Shown in pieces: positions 1-9,035 of a stretch of DNA of 25,937 nt. Position 1 is the first letter of the stretch; every line of letters starts with the position of its first letter. This DNA is from a bacterium (GTDB taxonomy: Bacteria > Chloroflexota > Dormibacteria > Aeolococcales > Bog-877): contig JAJZGN010000001.1 in NCBI GenBank assembly GCA_021798435.1, forward strand, positions 1 through 25,937. The letters are read 5' to 3'. The notes below the pieces were generated by a model. That model worked only from the letters and a program-made list of their open reading frames with translations, ran no database searches and had not been told where the DNA came from. Position numbers and translations under genes: made by a program.

Positions 1-2
1 CG

Positions 3-329
3 CTGCGGGCGCTCCAGACCGTGCTAAACCTGATGCTGGGAGCAGAGGCGGGACGCTCCCGGGTGATCGTGGACATCGCCCACTACCGGGAGAGACGGGA
101 GCAGGTGGTGAGCCGGATGGCGGAGCGGGTCGCCGAGGCCGTGGTGCGCAGCGGCCGGGCTCAGCGCCTCAGCCCCATGCCCCCCTATGAGCGGCGGGCG
201 GTGCACCTCGCGCTGGCGGGCCTCCCTGGGGTGGAAACGGAGAGCGAAGGGGCGGACGGCGAGCGCCACGTGGTGATTCGGCCCGTCCCCCGCGAAGGGG
301 GAGAGCCCACCGAGGGCGGGTGGAGCTGA
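3..329 (+). CDS. jag: Jag/KhpB (EloR) RNA-binding protein, 5'-truncated by the window edge (end of KH domain plus R3H domain)
   Basis: Frame is open from nt 3: LRALQTVLNLM...RVIVDIAHYRERRE...LSPMPPYERRAVHLAL...ETESEG...RHVVIRP. This is the typical Jag C-terminus with an R-x3-H motif. Confidence 0.9.
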   Translation: MRALQTVLNLMLGAEAGRSRVIVDIAHYRERREQVVSRMAERVAEAVVRSGRAQRLSPMPPYERRAVHLALAGLPGVETESEGADGERHVVIRPVPREGGEPTEGGWS

Positions 330-949
330 GGGGCGAACTCCCCCTCCGGGCGGCAGCGCTCGCCCTCCTGGGGTGCCTGGCCGCGGGAGCGGTGGCGGGC
401 TGCGCAGCGGCTCCGGCGATGGTCCGCGGCCCGGTTCAGGACCTGCCCCTCGCCGTGCAGGAGATCCCCTTCCCCGGTTTCGAGGTGGAGGCCAACTCAC
501 CGTCGGCCGGCTTCTACAGCAACTCCCGCCTCGCGGCCGGTGACACTGAGACCCTGGCCGCCCTCGGCCGGGCCGGCCGTCTCGACGGCTTCGAGCGGGA
601 CTTCGCCCGGGTCGCCAGCCCCGTCCAGGCGGTGGGTCCGGTGGTCATCGAGAGCTCCGTTTCCCTCTTCCGGACTGCCTCCGGCGCGGCCCAGGGGCTG
701 GCACTCCTGGCGCGGGGGCTGGTCCGAGGCGGCGGGACCCCGATCTCCACGGGGCAGGTGGGCCAGGAGGTGCTGGGATACGTGATCCAGAAGCAGCTCA
801 ATGGGGTGGCATACGACTCCTTCGTGGTTCTCTGGCGCCAGGACAACGCCGTGGCCGTGGTGCTGGCGGCGGGCAACGCTGCCACCATGGACGTCCAGTA
901 CGCGGTCCAGTTGGCGCAGATCGCCGAGCGACGGTTGAGGTCGAACTGA
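320..949 (+). CDS. Putative lipoprotein of unknown function
   Basis: 209 aa ORF with a hydrophobic N-terminal segment ending in the lipobox-like VAGC. It overlaps the jag stop and sits 1 nt before the next gene. Confidence 0.7.
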   Translation: MELRGELPLRAAALALLGCLAAGAVAGCAAAPAMVRGPVQDLPLAVQEIPFPGFEVEANSPSAGFYSNSRLAAGDTETLAALGRAGRLDGFERDFARVASPVQAVGPVVIESSVSLFRTASGAAQGLALLARGLVRGGGTPISTGQVGQEVLGYVIQKQLNGVAYDSFVVLWRQDNAVAVVLAAGNAATMDVQYAVQLAQIAERRLRSN

Positions 950-950
950 G

Positions 951-2258
951 GTGGCCCCCCGCGCCCTGAGCTACGAGGAGGAGACGCTCCCCAGCGGGGC
1001 GCGCCTGATCCTGGCGCCGCTGCCTGGGAGGAGCTCGGTCTCGGTCTCGCTGCTGTTCGGGGTCGGCTCCCGGTTCGAGCCCCGCCGCCTGGCCGGCATA
1101 TCCCACTTCCTGGAGCACATCGTCTTCAAGGGAACCGAGCGCTATCGGGACAGCCGGGCGGTCTCGTCGGCCATCGAGGGACTGGGCGGGGTGATGAACG
1201 CCAGCACGGAGAAGGAGATGACGGTGTTCTGGGCCAGGGTGGCGAGCACCCACCTCTCCACCGCCCTGGACGTCCTCGCCGAGCTGGCGCTGGCCCCCCG
1301 GATCGACCCTGCCGAGGTGGAGCGCGAGCGCGAGGTGGTCTTCGAGGAGCTGAAGATGTACCTGGACCAGCCGGCGGACCTGGTGCAGATGGCCTTCGAC
1401 GAGGCGATCTGGGAGGGCCATCCTCTGGCCCGCGACCCGGCCGGCGACCGCCGCTCCCTCCGGCGGATCGCGGCCCCGGAGCTCGGGTCCTACCGGGCCG
1501 CCAACTACCGGCCGGACCGGCTGGTGGTCATGATCGCCGGGGCCTTCTCCCCGGCGCGGGCGCGCCGAGAGGTGCTGCGCCACCTGGAGTCCCGGCTTCC
1601 CCGGGCAACGGGGGCGCCGGCGGGCCCAGGAGGAGATGGCGGGCCGCCCCTGCCGCTGGCCTCCCCCTCCCAAGCCCGCCTGATCTCCCGCCGCGGCGAG
1701 CAGGTGCACCTGCTCCTCGGCACCCGCTGCTCGGCCTACGCGGCTCCGGACCGATGGACGCTGGACCTGCTCAACACCCTTCTGGGCGAGGGCATGAGCA
1801 GCCGGCTCTTTCTCGAGCTTCGCGAGGCCCAGGGGCTGGCCTATGACGTCCACTCCTTCACCGCCCGTCATCGGGACTCCGGGGCCTTCGCGATCTACCT
1901 GGCGACCCGACCGGATCAGGCGGTTACGGGGGCCCGCGCCGCGCTCTTGGAGCTGCGCCGGCTGGCGGACCGGGGGCTCGAGCCCCACGAGCTGGAACGG
2001 GCCAAGGCCCAGATGGAGGGGCGGCTGGCCCTCCAGACCGAGAGCTCGGGTGGCCTCAGCGAGTTCCTGGGGCACGAAGCCCTGCTGACCGGCGGCCTGC
2101 TCAGCCCCGACGAGGTTGTGGAGCGGATCCGAGCCGTTGGGGAGGACGAGGTGGTGGGGCTGGCCGGAGAGCTGCTGCCCGGGCGCTCCAGCTGGCGCCT
2201 GGCGGCGGCGGGCCCGATCCGGGATCGCGAGGGCCTCGAGGCGGCGGTGAGGGAGTGA
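951..2258 (+). CDS. M16 family (pitrilysin-like) zinc metallopeptidase
   Basis: Inverted zinc motif HFLEH (GISHFLEHIVFKGT), MNAST, and C-terminal-half motif GEGMSSRLFLELREAQGLAYDV; 435 aa. Confidence 0.93.
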   Translation: MAPRALSYEEETLPSGARLILAPLPGRSSVSVSLLFGVGSRFEPRRLAGISHFLEHIVFKGTERYRDSRAVSSAIEGLGGVMNASTEKEMTVFWARVASTHLSTALDVLAELALAPRIDPAEVEREREVVFEELKMYLDQPADLVQMAFDEAIWEGHPLARDPAGDRRSLRRIAAPELGSYRAANYRPDRLVVMIAGAFSPARARREVLRHLESRLPRATGAPAGPGGDGGPPLPLASPSQARLISRRGEQVHLLLGTRCSAYAAPDRWTLDLLNTLLGEGMSSRLFLELREAQGLAYDVHSFTARHRDSGAFAIYLATRPDQAVTGARAALLELRRLADRGLEPHELERAKAQMEGRLALQTESSGGLSEFLGHEALLTGGLLSPDEVVERIRAVGEDEVVGLAGELLPGRSSWRLAAAGPIRDREGLEAAVRE

Positions 2259-2281
2259 TCGCGAGTTGAGGAGGAGATGAG

Positions 2282-2731
2282 GTGGAACGGACTCTGGTAC
2301 TGATCAAGCCTGACGGGGTGCAGCGCGGGCTGGTGGGTGAGGTGATAGGAAGGCTGGAGCGCCGGGGGCTGCACCTGGTCGGGCTGAAGCTCATGGCCGT
2401 GGAGCGGGAGCTGGCGGAGCGCCACTACGCCGAGCATCGCGAGCGCCCATTCTTCGGGGCGGTGATCGACTTCATCTCCTCGTCGCCGGTGGTGGCCATG
2501 GTCTGGGAGGGTCCCAACGTGGTGACCCTGGTGCGCTCGATGATGGGCCCGACCCATCCGGCGTCGGCGGCCCCTGGAACCATCCGCGGAGACCTCGGCG
2601 TGGACATCGGCCAGAACGTGGTCCACGGGTCGGACAGCCCGGCGCGCGCCGAGGTGGAGGTGTCCCTCTTCTTCCGGCCCGCCGAGCTGGTCAGCTGGGA
2701 GCGCGCTGGCGGCTCCTGGATCTATCCCTGA
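2282..2731 (+). CDS. ndk: Nucleoside diphosphate kinase
   Basis: [28 protein letters not shown] and catalytic His in [21 protein letters not shown] at 2268-2276 precedes the GTG. Confidence 0.97.
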   Translation: MERTLVLIKPDGVQRGLVGEVIGRLERRGLHLVGLKLMAVERELAERHYAEHRERPFFGAVIDFISSSPVVAMVWEGPNVVTLVRSMMGPTHPASAAPGTIRGDLGVDIGQNVVHGSDSPARAEVEVSLFFRPAELVSWERAGGSWIYP

Positions 2732-3455
2732 GCCTCCTCCCGAGCCCGGCCGGGGCCACCACCCCGAGGCTCAGGAGAACGGCCAGGGTGGGCTCCTGAG
2801 CGGGTACGGGGCCCAGGCGGGTGAGCGGCCAGAAGCGGAGGATCGCGATCCCCTGGATGCCGGATCGGGGCTCCCAGCCAAAGGTGCGGGAATCCTCGGA
2901 CACATTGCGGTTGTCGCCCATGACGAAGTAGTCGTGCGCCGGGATGTGGGCCCACCTCCCGGTCGGCGGCAGGAGCGGCGAGGCCGTGCCCTGGGTGGTG
3001 CAGCAGAGCACCTCCTGGGTCCAGACGCCGTTGATGTAGGGCTCCACCAGCTGGGTCCCGCCTCCTGGCGAGGTGGGGCGGGAGTTGGAGATGTAGACAT
3101 GCCCCACACCCTGGCTGTCGGGGGCGATGCGGATCCACTGCCCCGGGAGACCGATCACGCGCTTGATGAAGTCATTGGAGGAGGGGATGGGGGGGTTGAT
3201 TATCACCACCTGTCCCCGGCTCGGTCCGCTGAGGTAGAGCGAGATCTCCTCGGTGAGGAGGAGGTCGTTGTTGTGCAGCCCCGGGTACATGCTGGTGCCC
3301 TCGACATGGACCGGGCGGACCGCGAAGGCGATGAGGAGGTAGATCACCGCCGCCAGGGCAACCACCTCGATGAGGTCCCTGATGAGGGATCCCCGGCCCC
3401 GGGAGGGGACCTGGGCGGGGACCGGCGTGGGCGTGTTGCCGGGTCCCTGAAGCAC
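2691..3455 (-). CDS. lepB: Signal peptidase I
   Basis: N-terminal TM segment, catalytic Ser in GTSMYP, catalytic Lys in [10 protein letters not shown], and [14 protein letters not shown] box. Confidence 0.93.
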   Translation of the reverse strand: MLQGPGNTPTPVPAQVPSRGRGSLIRDLIEVVALAAVIYLLIAFAVRPVHVEGTSMYPGLHNNDLLLTEEISLYLSGPSRGQVVIINPPIPSSNDFIKRVIGLPGQWIRIAPDSQGVGHVYISNSRPTSPGGGTQLVEPYINGVWTQEVLCCTTQGTASPLLPPTGRWAHIPAHDYFVMGDNRNVSEDSRTFGWEPRSGIQGIAILRFWPLTRLGPVPAQEPTLAVLLSLGVVAPAGLGRRLRDRSRSRQRAPS

Positions 3456-3461
3456 CCCGGC

Positions 3462-3467
3462 AGTATA
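3462..3467 (-). promoter_or_regulatory. Putative -10 element (TATACT) of a leaderless lepB promoter
   Basis: TATACT on the minus strand, 6 nt before the GTG at 3455, with no SD between them. Confidence 0.6.
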
Positions 3468-3666
3468 CGAACCGTCCCTGGAAGGGCTCAGCTGATCTCA
3501 GGCGGGGACGACTTCCCGCGGCCCACCGACGGGTCCGAGGGCCTGAGGGGCTGGTCCGGCGCCATCCTCAGTCCGCGCCCCTTAGAGGGACGGAGCTAGA
3601 GGCGGGCCGCTGGAAGAGTGGCAGGGAGCTCGTGGACCGTGCTGGACGGACGCAGAACGGGCAAAA

Positions 3667-3680
3667 CGAACAGATGTTTG
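3667..3680. promoter_or_regulatory. LexA/SOS box of Gram-positive type (CGAAC-AGAT-GTTTG)
   Basis: Exact match to the Bacillus-type consensus CGAACRNRYGTTYG in an AT-rich intergenic patch. The target gene is unclear. Confidence 0.5.
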
Positions 3681-3689
3681 CCAAGGCTG

Positions 3690-4565
3690 CTAGACCTCGA
3701 TCCCGAGGGCCTCGCAGATGCCGGATAGCTCCTCGGCGGAGAAGAACTCGATTAGGATCCGGCCACGGCCCCGGGCCCCTTGGGTGAGGCGCACCCTGGT
3801 GCCCAACCTCCGGGCGATGGCGGTCTCCAGCGCCCGGAGCTCGGTCTCCTGCGCCGCTCTCCCAGCCCTCTGGGGCGGCTCACGGCGCTGGCCGAGCCGT
3901 CCCACCAGCCTCTCTGTCTCGCGGACCGAGAGCCGGCGGGCGATGACATGGAGCAGGGTCTTGGCCTGCAGGGCCGGGTCGGTGACAGCCAGCAGCGCGC
4001 GGGCGTGGGCGGGCGAGATCTGCTCCCGCTCGAGGGCGCGCTGCACCTCGGGGGTGGCCTGGAGCAGGCGCATGGTGTTCGCCACCCCGGACCGGCTCCT
4101 TCCCAGCCGCTGCGCCACGTCCTCCTGGGTGAGGCCGAACTCGTCGCAGAGGCGGGTGAAGGCCCGGGCCTCGTCGAGGGCGGAGATGTCGCTGCGCTGC
4201 AGGTTCTCGACCAGCGCCATCTCCAGCCGGGAGCGCTCGGGCCCAACGGGGCGGACCACCACCGGGACCGTCTGGAGGCCGGCGAGCTGAGACGCCCGCA
4301 GGCGCCGCTCCCCGGCCACCAGCCGGTAGGCACCGTCCGCCGCCTCCACCACGAGGGGCTGGAGAACACCGTACTCCCGGATTGACTGCGCCAGCGCCTC
4401 CAAGGTCGCGGGGTCGAAGGTGCTGCGGGGCTGCAGGGGGTTGGGGGCGATCTGGGAGAGGGGGATCTCCCTGGTGGGGGAGGAGGCGCCGTCAGCTCCC
4501 AGGCCGGGTGAGCCGGTGGGGATCAGCTGCTCCAGCCCCCGGCCCAGTCCGCGGCGCTTGCTCAC
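3690..4565 (-). CDS. parB: Chromosome partitioning protein ParB (Spo0J)
   Basis: Start reassigned to GTG 4565 (GTGA overlap with the parA stop). N-terminal KRRGLGRGL peptide, NPLQPR, CTP-binding GERRLRA, ENLQR and HTH TQEDVAQRLGRSRSGVAN. Confidence 0.95.
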   Translation of the reverse strand: MSKRRGLGRGLEQLIPTGSPGLGADGASSPTREIPLSQIAPNPLQPRSTFDPATLEALAQSIREYGVLQPLVVEAADGAYRLVAGERRLRASQLAGLQTVPVVVRPVGPERSRLEMALVENLQRSDISALDEARAFTRLCDEFGLTQEDVAQRLGRSRSGVANTMRLLQATPEVQRALEREQISPAHARALLAVTDPALQAKTLLHVIARRLSVRETERLVGRLGQRREPPQRAGRAAQETELRALETAIARRLGTRVRLTQGARGRGRILIEFFSAEELSGICEALGIEV

Positions 4566-5344
4566 GCCGCCACCCGGCTGCTTCGCATCACCAGCTCCTC
4601 GGCCAGGGCGCGGTAGGCGGTGGCTCCCCGACCCGCTGGTTCGTACTGGGTGATCGGCAGCCCGTGGCTGGGGGCCTCCGAGAGCCGCACCGATCTGGGG
4701 ATCACGGTCGAGAAGGCCTGGTCCCCGAACTGCCGCCGCACCTCGGCCACCACCTGGGCGCTGAGCACGGTGCGGGGGTCGAAGAGGGTGAGAACGATCC
4801 CGGCGAGTGAGAGGCTGGGATTGAGCGACTGCCGAACCATGGCCTGGGTCCGGGTCAGAAGCGTCAGCCCCTCCAGGGCGAAGTACTCGCACTGCAGCGG
4901 GATGAGCATCCGGTCGGCGGCGACCAGGCAGTTCACGGTGAGCAGCCCCAATGAGGGCGGGGTGTCGACCAGAACGTAGTCGAACTCGTCGAGCCCATCG
5001 AGGGCGAGGCGGAGACGGGACTCGCGAAGCGGGAGATCGGCCAGCTCCAGCTCCGCCCCAGCCAGTTCGACCGAGGCCGGCACGAGGGTCATCCCCGGAA
5101 TGCGCTCCAGCGGGAGCGCCACTTCCCGCAGGGGCCGGCCCATGACCACCACGTCGTACACGGAAGCGGGGAGGGAGTTCGGGTTCACCCCCAATCCCGA
5201 GGTGGCGTTGGCCTGGGGGTCGCTGTCAACCAGCATGACCCGCATCCCCCGCTCCGCCAGGGCCGCCCCCAGGTTTATGGCGGTGGTGGTCTTCCCCACC
5301 CCACCCTTCTGGTTGCAGACGGTGACGATCCGAGGGCGGGACAT
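4562..5344 (-). CDS. parA: Chromosome partitioning ATPase ParA (Soj)
   Basis: Deviant Walker A NQKGGVGKTTT, DSDPQANAT, DTPPSLG, QCEYFALEG and IPRSVRLSEAPSHG. Start reassigned to ATG 5344 (MSRPRIVTV). Confidence 0.96.
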   Translation of the reverse strand: MSRPRIVTVCNQKGGVGKTTTAINLGAALAERGMRVMLVDSDPQANATSGLGVNPNSLPASVYDVVVMGRPLREVALPLERIPGMTLVPASVELAGAELELADLPLRESRLRLALDGLDEFDYVLVDTPPSLGLLTVNCLVAADRMLIPLQCEYFALEGLTLLTRTQAMVRQSLNPSLSLAGIVLTLFDPRTVLSAQVVAEVRRQFGDQAFSTVIPRSVRLSEAPSHGLPITQYEPAGRGATAYRALAEELVMRSSRVAA

Positions 5345-5350
5345 GGGGGC

Positions 5351-5379
5351 AGTATAGGCGCGAGCATGTTTCACGTGAA
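5351..5379 (-). promoter_or_regulatory. Putative sigma70 promoter of parAB (-35 TTCACG, 17 bp spacer, -10 TATACT, leaderless)
   Basis: TATACT at 5356-5351 lies 6 nt before the ATG. TTCACG at 5379-5374 is at canonical 17 bp spacing and falls inside parS. Confidence 0.6.
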
Positions 5380-5382
5380 ACA
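5367..5382. promoter_or_regulatory. parS: parS centromere-like site
   Basis: Perfect 16 bp palindrome TGTTTCACGTGAAACA, matching the canonical chromosomal parS consensus, immediately upstream of parA. Confidence 0.95.
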
Positions 5383-5390
5383 GGGCGAGT

Positions 5391-6107
5391 TCAGGTCGGG
5401 AAGCTGGGGATCTCCTCTCCCGCTGCGAACCATCTGGACCCAGCCCCGTCTCGCACCTCGATCCGCCCCCTCCCGTGCACCGTCCAGCCGGGCTCCCCGC
5501 CGAGCACGGCGCTACGCTCCGCGATTCCGATCAGCCGACACCCCTGGGGGATACGCGATCTCAAAACCGCCCTCCAGGGTGCGGCAAGGGTCGCGTCCCA
5601 GTGCACCCCGAAGACCTCCTGGCGGAGGAGTCCGAGGCCCGAGCCGTACGAGAACCGCCCGCCGGACTGCCCGGGCTCCCCGACCACCATGGCTCCAGCG
5701 CTGCACCCGCCGTACACCCCGCCGGCCCCCAGCAGCTCCTCAATGGCGGAGAGCAGCCGGCTGCCGCCCAGGGTGCGGCTGAGGTGCCCCGGATCTCCGC
5801 CCGAGAAGAAGACCATGCTGGAGCTGGCCACCGCGTCCGCAAACTCGCGGCGCTGGGCGTCCTCGCGATCGCGCACCGGCAGCGCGCGCGCGGCGACGCC
5901 CATCCCCTCGAAGTGGGCCACTCCGGCTCGTCCCCATCTGGAGAAGACCGCCTCCCCCTCGGGGGCGCTGGCGGTTGCCAGGACGGCGACGGTGCCGTCG
6001 CCGCCAGCACCCGCGAGCGCCTGGCGCTCCGCCTCCTCGGCCCAGGGCTCGAACTCCCCGGACCCCAGCAGCAGGAATCGGCGCGCGGGGGAAGAGGGGG
6101 CGCTCAG
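5391..6107 (-). CDS. Peptidase S51 / cyanophycinase-like (class I GATase-like fold) hydrolase
   Basis: The frame of ORF 5391..5921 continues upstream ([16 protein letters not shown]...[21 protein letters not shown]). It has VFFSGGDP, nucleophile GCSAGAM, His in GVHWD and Glu in GIAERSA. There is no ATG/GTG/TTG upstream of 5921, so the start is inferred at CTG 6107 (CTGA overlap). Confidence 0.75.
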   Translation of the reverse strand: MSAPSSPARRFLLLGSGEFEPWAEEAERQALAGAGGDGTVAVLATASAPEGEAVFSRWGRAGVAHFEGMGVAARALPVRDREDAQRREFADAVASSSMVFFSGGDPGHLSRTLGGSRLLSAIEELLGAGGVYGGCSAGAMVVGEPGQSGGRFSYGSGLGLLRQEVFGVHWDATLAAPWRAVLRSRIPQGCRLIGIAERSAVLGGEPGWTVHGRGRIEVRDGAGSRWFAAGEEIPSFPT

Positions 6108-6964
6108 CTCTCCAGTCCCGCCTCGGGCTCTGCGGCGCCGACCAGCTCCTCGGCGGGCACGGCCACCTTGACATGACCGTTGCCGGACCCGGCCTCCGGC
6201 CGGAGCTTCAGGAACGGTTCGATGAGATCAAGGGGAAGCGGGAAGACCACGGTGCTGTTCTGGTCGGCACCGATCTCCGAAAGGGTCTGGAGGTAGCGCA
6301 GCTGGAGGGTGGCGGGCTGGGAGGCGATCACCTTGGCGGCGTCCGCCAGCGTCTGCGCCGCCTGCAGCTCCCCCTGGGCACGGATCACCTTGGCCCGCTT
6401 CTCCCGCTCCGCCTCGGCCTGGAGCGCCATGGCGCGCTGCATCGACTGGGGAAGATCGACGTCCTTCACCTCGACCGCCGTCACCTTCACCCCCCAGGGC
6501 TCGGTCTGCTCGTCGATAACCGCCTGAAGCTCCGCGTTCACCTTGTCCCGCCGGCTCAGGAGCTCGTCCAGGGTGGATTGACCCAGGATGGAGCGCAGGG
6601 TCGTCTGGGCGGTCTTGGAGATCGTCCCCATGTAGTCGCGCACCTTCACGAAGGAGTCCCGCGCGTCCACCACCCGGAAGAAGACAACCGCAGTGACCCG
6701 GACCGTCACGTTGTCGCTGGTGATGACGTCCTGCGCGGGTACCTCGTGCACCACCGTCCGCAGGTCGACCTTGATGATGCGGTCGATGCCGAAGGGGATG
6801 ATGAGGCGCGGCCCCGGTCCTTTGACGTCGATGAGCCGCCCCAGCCGGAGGACCACCCCCCGCTCGTACTCGTTGATGACCCGGAATCCGGTGGCGAAGG
6901 CCAGCAGCACGAAGAACACCACCACTATCACGACCACCACCAGGGCGGCCAGCGCTCCGCTCAT
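6104..6964 (-). CDS. SPFH/band 7 (slipin, stomatin-like) membrane protein
   Basis: N-terminal [59 protein letters not shown] and [13 protein letters not shown] overlap with the nfeD stop. Confidence 0.93.
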   Translation of the reverse strand: MSGALAALVVVVIVVVFFVLLAFATGFRVINEYERGVVLRLGRLIDVKGPGPRLIIPFGIDRIIKVDLRTVVHEVPAQDVITSDNVTVRVTAVVFFRVVDARDSFVKVRDYMGTISKTAQTTLRSILGQSTLDELLSRRDKVNAELQAVIDEQTEPWGVKVTAVEVKDVDLPQSMQRAMALQAEAEREKRAKVIRAQGELQAAQTLADAAKVIASQPATLQLRYLQTLSEIGADQNSTVVFPLPLDLIEPFLKLRPEAGSGNGHVKVAVPAEELVGAAEPEAGLES

Positions 6965-7740
6965 CTCCCACTCCTATGCGAGCTAGTCGCCTCGGCTCCC
7001 AGCCGCCGGTCCCGGGGAGGCTCCGTACCCCCGCCCGCCGCCGTCTGGCGCACTATCAAAGTCAGCCCGTCCTGGGCCAGCACCTCGACTTCATCGCCCA
7101 CTGCGAGGGGCTGGTCACTTCGCTCCACCACCCGCCAGAGCTCGCCGTCCACTCTGGCCACCGCCCCGCCGTCCCGGGGCTCCACCACCAGGCCGGAGTG
7201 CCCCAGCAGCTCCTGGGGCACCGCCGGGTAGGCTCGGCGGCGGACCTCCAAGGCCCGGGCACTGAGCCAGAGCCAGATCGCGCCGAGCACCACCGGCAGG
7301 GCCACCAGCGCCACCGGGTCTACTCCCGGCCCCCGGAAGAGCAGGAAGCCGCCTCCGGCGGCGGCGGCCATCCCCGCCACGCTCAGCACCCCGTGGCTCT
7401 GGGCCCCGAGATCGAGTACGAACAGCCCGGCTGCGGCCGCCACGAGCACCAGTCCCAGAAGGTTCAGGGGGAGGTCGAGCAGCGCCGCCGCCGCCAGTAC
7501 TCCGGACAGGAGGCCCACGGTACCGGGGGCGATGGCGCCGGGGTGCATCGCCTCCAGTCCGATCCCCAGCAGCGCCAGGAGCAGGAGCCCGAATGCCAGC
7601 GTGGGGTCGGCGAGCACACTGAGCTGCGAGGGAAGGAGATGCCCAGTCCGGGCCGGGCTGGCCGCCAGCACCGTGGTCTGGGCGAGGAGCCCCCCAACTC
7701 CAGCCCCGCAGATCGCCCCGGCGACTGAAGAGCGGCGCAT
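6961..7740 (-). CDS. NfeD-family stomatin partner protein (membrane domain plus C-terminal OB-fold, no protease domain)
   Basis: Several TM helices with [11 protein letters not shown], then OB-fold motif [11 protein letters not shown]...[19 protein letters not shown]. Coupled to the SPFH gene. Confidence 0.85.
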   Translation of the reverse strand: MRRSSVAGAICGAGVGGLLAQTTVLAASPARTGHLLPSQLSVLADPTLAFGLLLLALLGIGLEAMHPGAIAPGTVGLLSGVLAAAALLDLPLNLLGLVLVAAAAGLFVLDLGAQSHGVLSVAGMAAAAGGGFLLFRGPGVDPVALVALPVVLGAIWLWLSARALEVRRRAYPAVPQELLGHSGLVVEPRDGGAVARVDGELWRVVERSDQPLAVGDEVEVLAQDGLTLIVRQTAAGGGTEPPRDRRLGAEATSSHRSGR

Positions 7741-7796
7741 GGCCTACCTCATCTTACTCCGCCCCGGGTCGCCACTCCGACCCGATAATCCCTCAT

Positions 7797-8843
7797 GTGC
7801 AGCCCCCTCCGTCAGCCCCACCCCGGGTCCGGGAGGCGAGCCTCGCCGACCGCCCCGAGTGGGATCGGTTCGTCGGCGAGGAATGCGGCGGTGTCCTCCT
7901 CCAGAGCTGGGGCTGGGGCGAGATCCGCCGCCAGTTCGGGTGGGGGGTGACGCGGCTCGTGGCCCAGGGGCAAGGTGGGGCCGGCTGGCGGGGGGTCCTC
8001 CAGCTCCTCTACCGGCCGGTTGGCCTCCCTCTTATTCGCTGGGCATACGCCCCCAGGGGCCCGGCCCTGGCCAGCCCCACCGATGATCTGGCCGGGCTGG
8101 CGCTTCTCCGCGGCGCCCGCTCCCGCCTCCTTCGCCGCGGGGTGGTGGTGCTCCGGCTGGACCCGGAGTGGGAAGCGGCCGGTGCCGGCGCCGAGCTCCG
8201 ACGCCGGCTGCGCCTCCGCCCCATGCCCTTCGACATCCAGCACCGCCGGACCTGGCTGGTGGATATCACCGGCTCCGAGGATGAGGTCCGGGGTCGCCTC
8301 CCCCCCTCGACTCGCCGCAACGTCGCCCTGGCGGAGCGGGCCGGAGTCACGGTGGCGAACCTGGCCGGGGAGGGGGTGGAGCCCTTCTACCGGCTCCACC
8401 TCGGAACCGTCGCCCGCCAGCGCTTCCAGACCCGCCCTCTGGCCTACTACCAGGCGGTCCTGGCCGGGCTCGATGCCAGCGTGGTGCTGGCCACGAAGGA
8501 TGGACGGCCCCTGGCCGCGGCGGTCGTCGCCACCTCCGGCCCCCGGCTCGCGTACCTATATGGGGGGAGCGACCCCGGGCCCCACCGGGCCATGTACGCC
8601 GTCCATTGGGCGGCCATCCGCTGGGGACGGGAGCGGGGGTGCCGCCTCTACGACATGTGGGGGGTGCCGAGGCGGTTCTCTCCCGGGGACCCGGGTCCCG
8701 GGTACGCGGTCTTCAAGACCCGGTGGGGGGGGCGGATGGAGGACCACTCCGGCCTCCAGGCAGCGCCCTGGCTCGGTCCCCTGGATCGCCCGCTGGCCGG
8801 CCTGGAGGGACTCCTCCTGGCGAGGCGCCCCCTCCTCACCTGA
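7797..8843 (+). CDS. FemABX/FemX-family aminoacyl-tRNA-dependent transferase (lipid II peptide bridge formation)
   Basis: LLQSWGWGE, YAPRGP, TWLVDI, RRNVALAERAGV, GCRLYDMWG and FKTRWGG. GATAAT at 7784-7789 lies 7 nt before the GTG. Confidence 0.85.
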   Translation: MQPPPSAPPRVREASLADRPEWDRFVGEECGGVLLQSWGWGEIRRQFGWGVTRLVAQGQGGAGWRGVLQLLYRPVGLPLIRWAYAPRGPALASPTDDLAGLALLRGARSRLLRRGVVVLRLDPEWEAAGAGAELRRRLRLRPMPFDIQHRRTWLVDITGSEDEVRGRLPPSTRRNVALAERAGVTVANLAGEGVEPFYRLHLGTVARQRFQTRPLAYYQAVLAGLDASVVLATKDGRPLAAAVVATSGPRLAYLYGGSDPGPHRAMYAVHWAAIRWGRERGCRLYDMWGVPRRFSPGDPGPGYAVFKTRWGGRMEDHSGLQAAPWLGPLDRPLAGLEGLLLARRPLLT

Positions 8844-8969
8844 GGTGGCATAGCTCCCGGTTTTCCAGATCAAAAGGCCATGTGACCCCGACGGTCAAGG
8901 GATGGGTCCGCAGCGCAGGTCCGGGTTGTCGCGATCCATTCGACGACCATGTGTTCCCCGTGCCGTGGC

Positions 8970-8995
8970 CGGGGGCCCAACTCAGCGGGCCCCCG
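8970..8995. terminator. GC-rich hairpin, possible terminator
   Basis: 9 bp perfect stem CGGGGGCCC/GGGCCCCCG with an 8 nt loop in the 8844-9035 intergenic region; no U-tract. Confidence 0.3.
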
Positions 8996-9035
8996 CCCCG
9001 GGGTCGCGCGCGGGCCGAGCCCTAGAATTTCAGGC

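Noticed and set aside
4566-4892. 5' extensions in the ORF track for parB (to 4892), and likewise gcvT (11538), ORF 11002, ORF 16595 and ORF 20552
   Set aside because: They overlap neighbouring genes. Homologous sequence starts at the stop-start overlaps or leaderless starts given in the feature list.
8844-8969. Riboswitch or ncRNA in the gap after the FemABX gene
   Set aside because: No known aptamer consensus recognised; only one downstream hairpin. An Rfam/Infernal scan would be needed.
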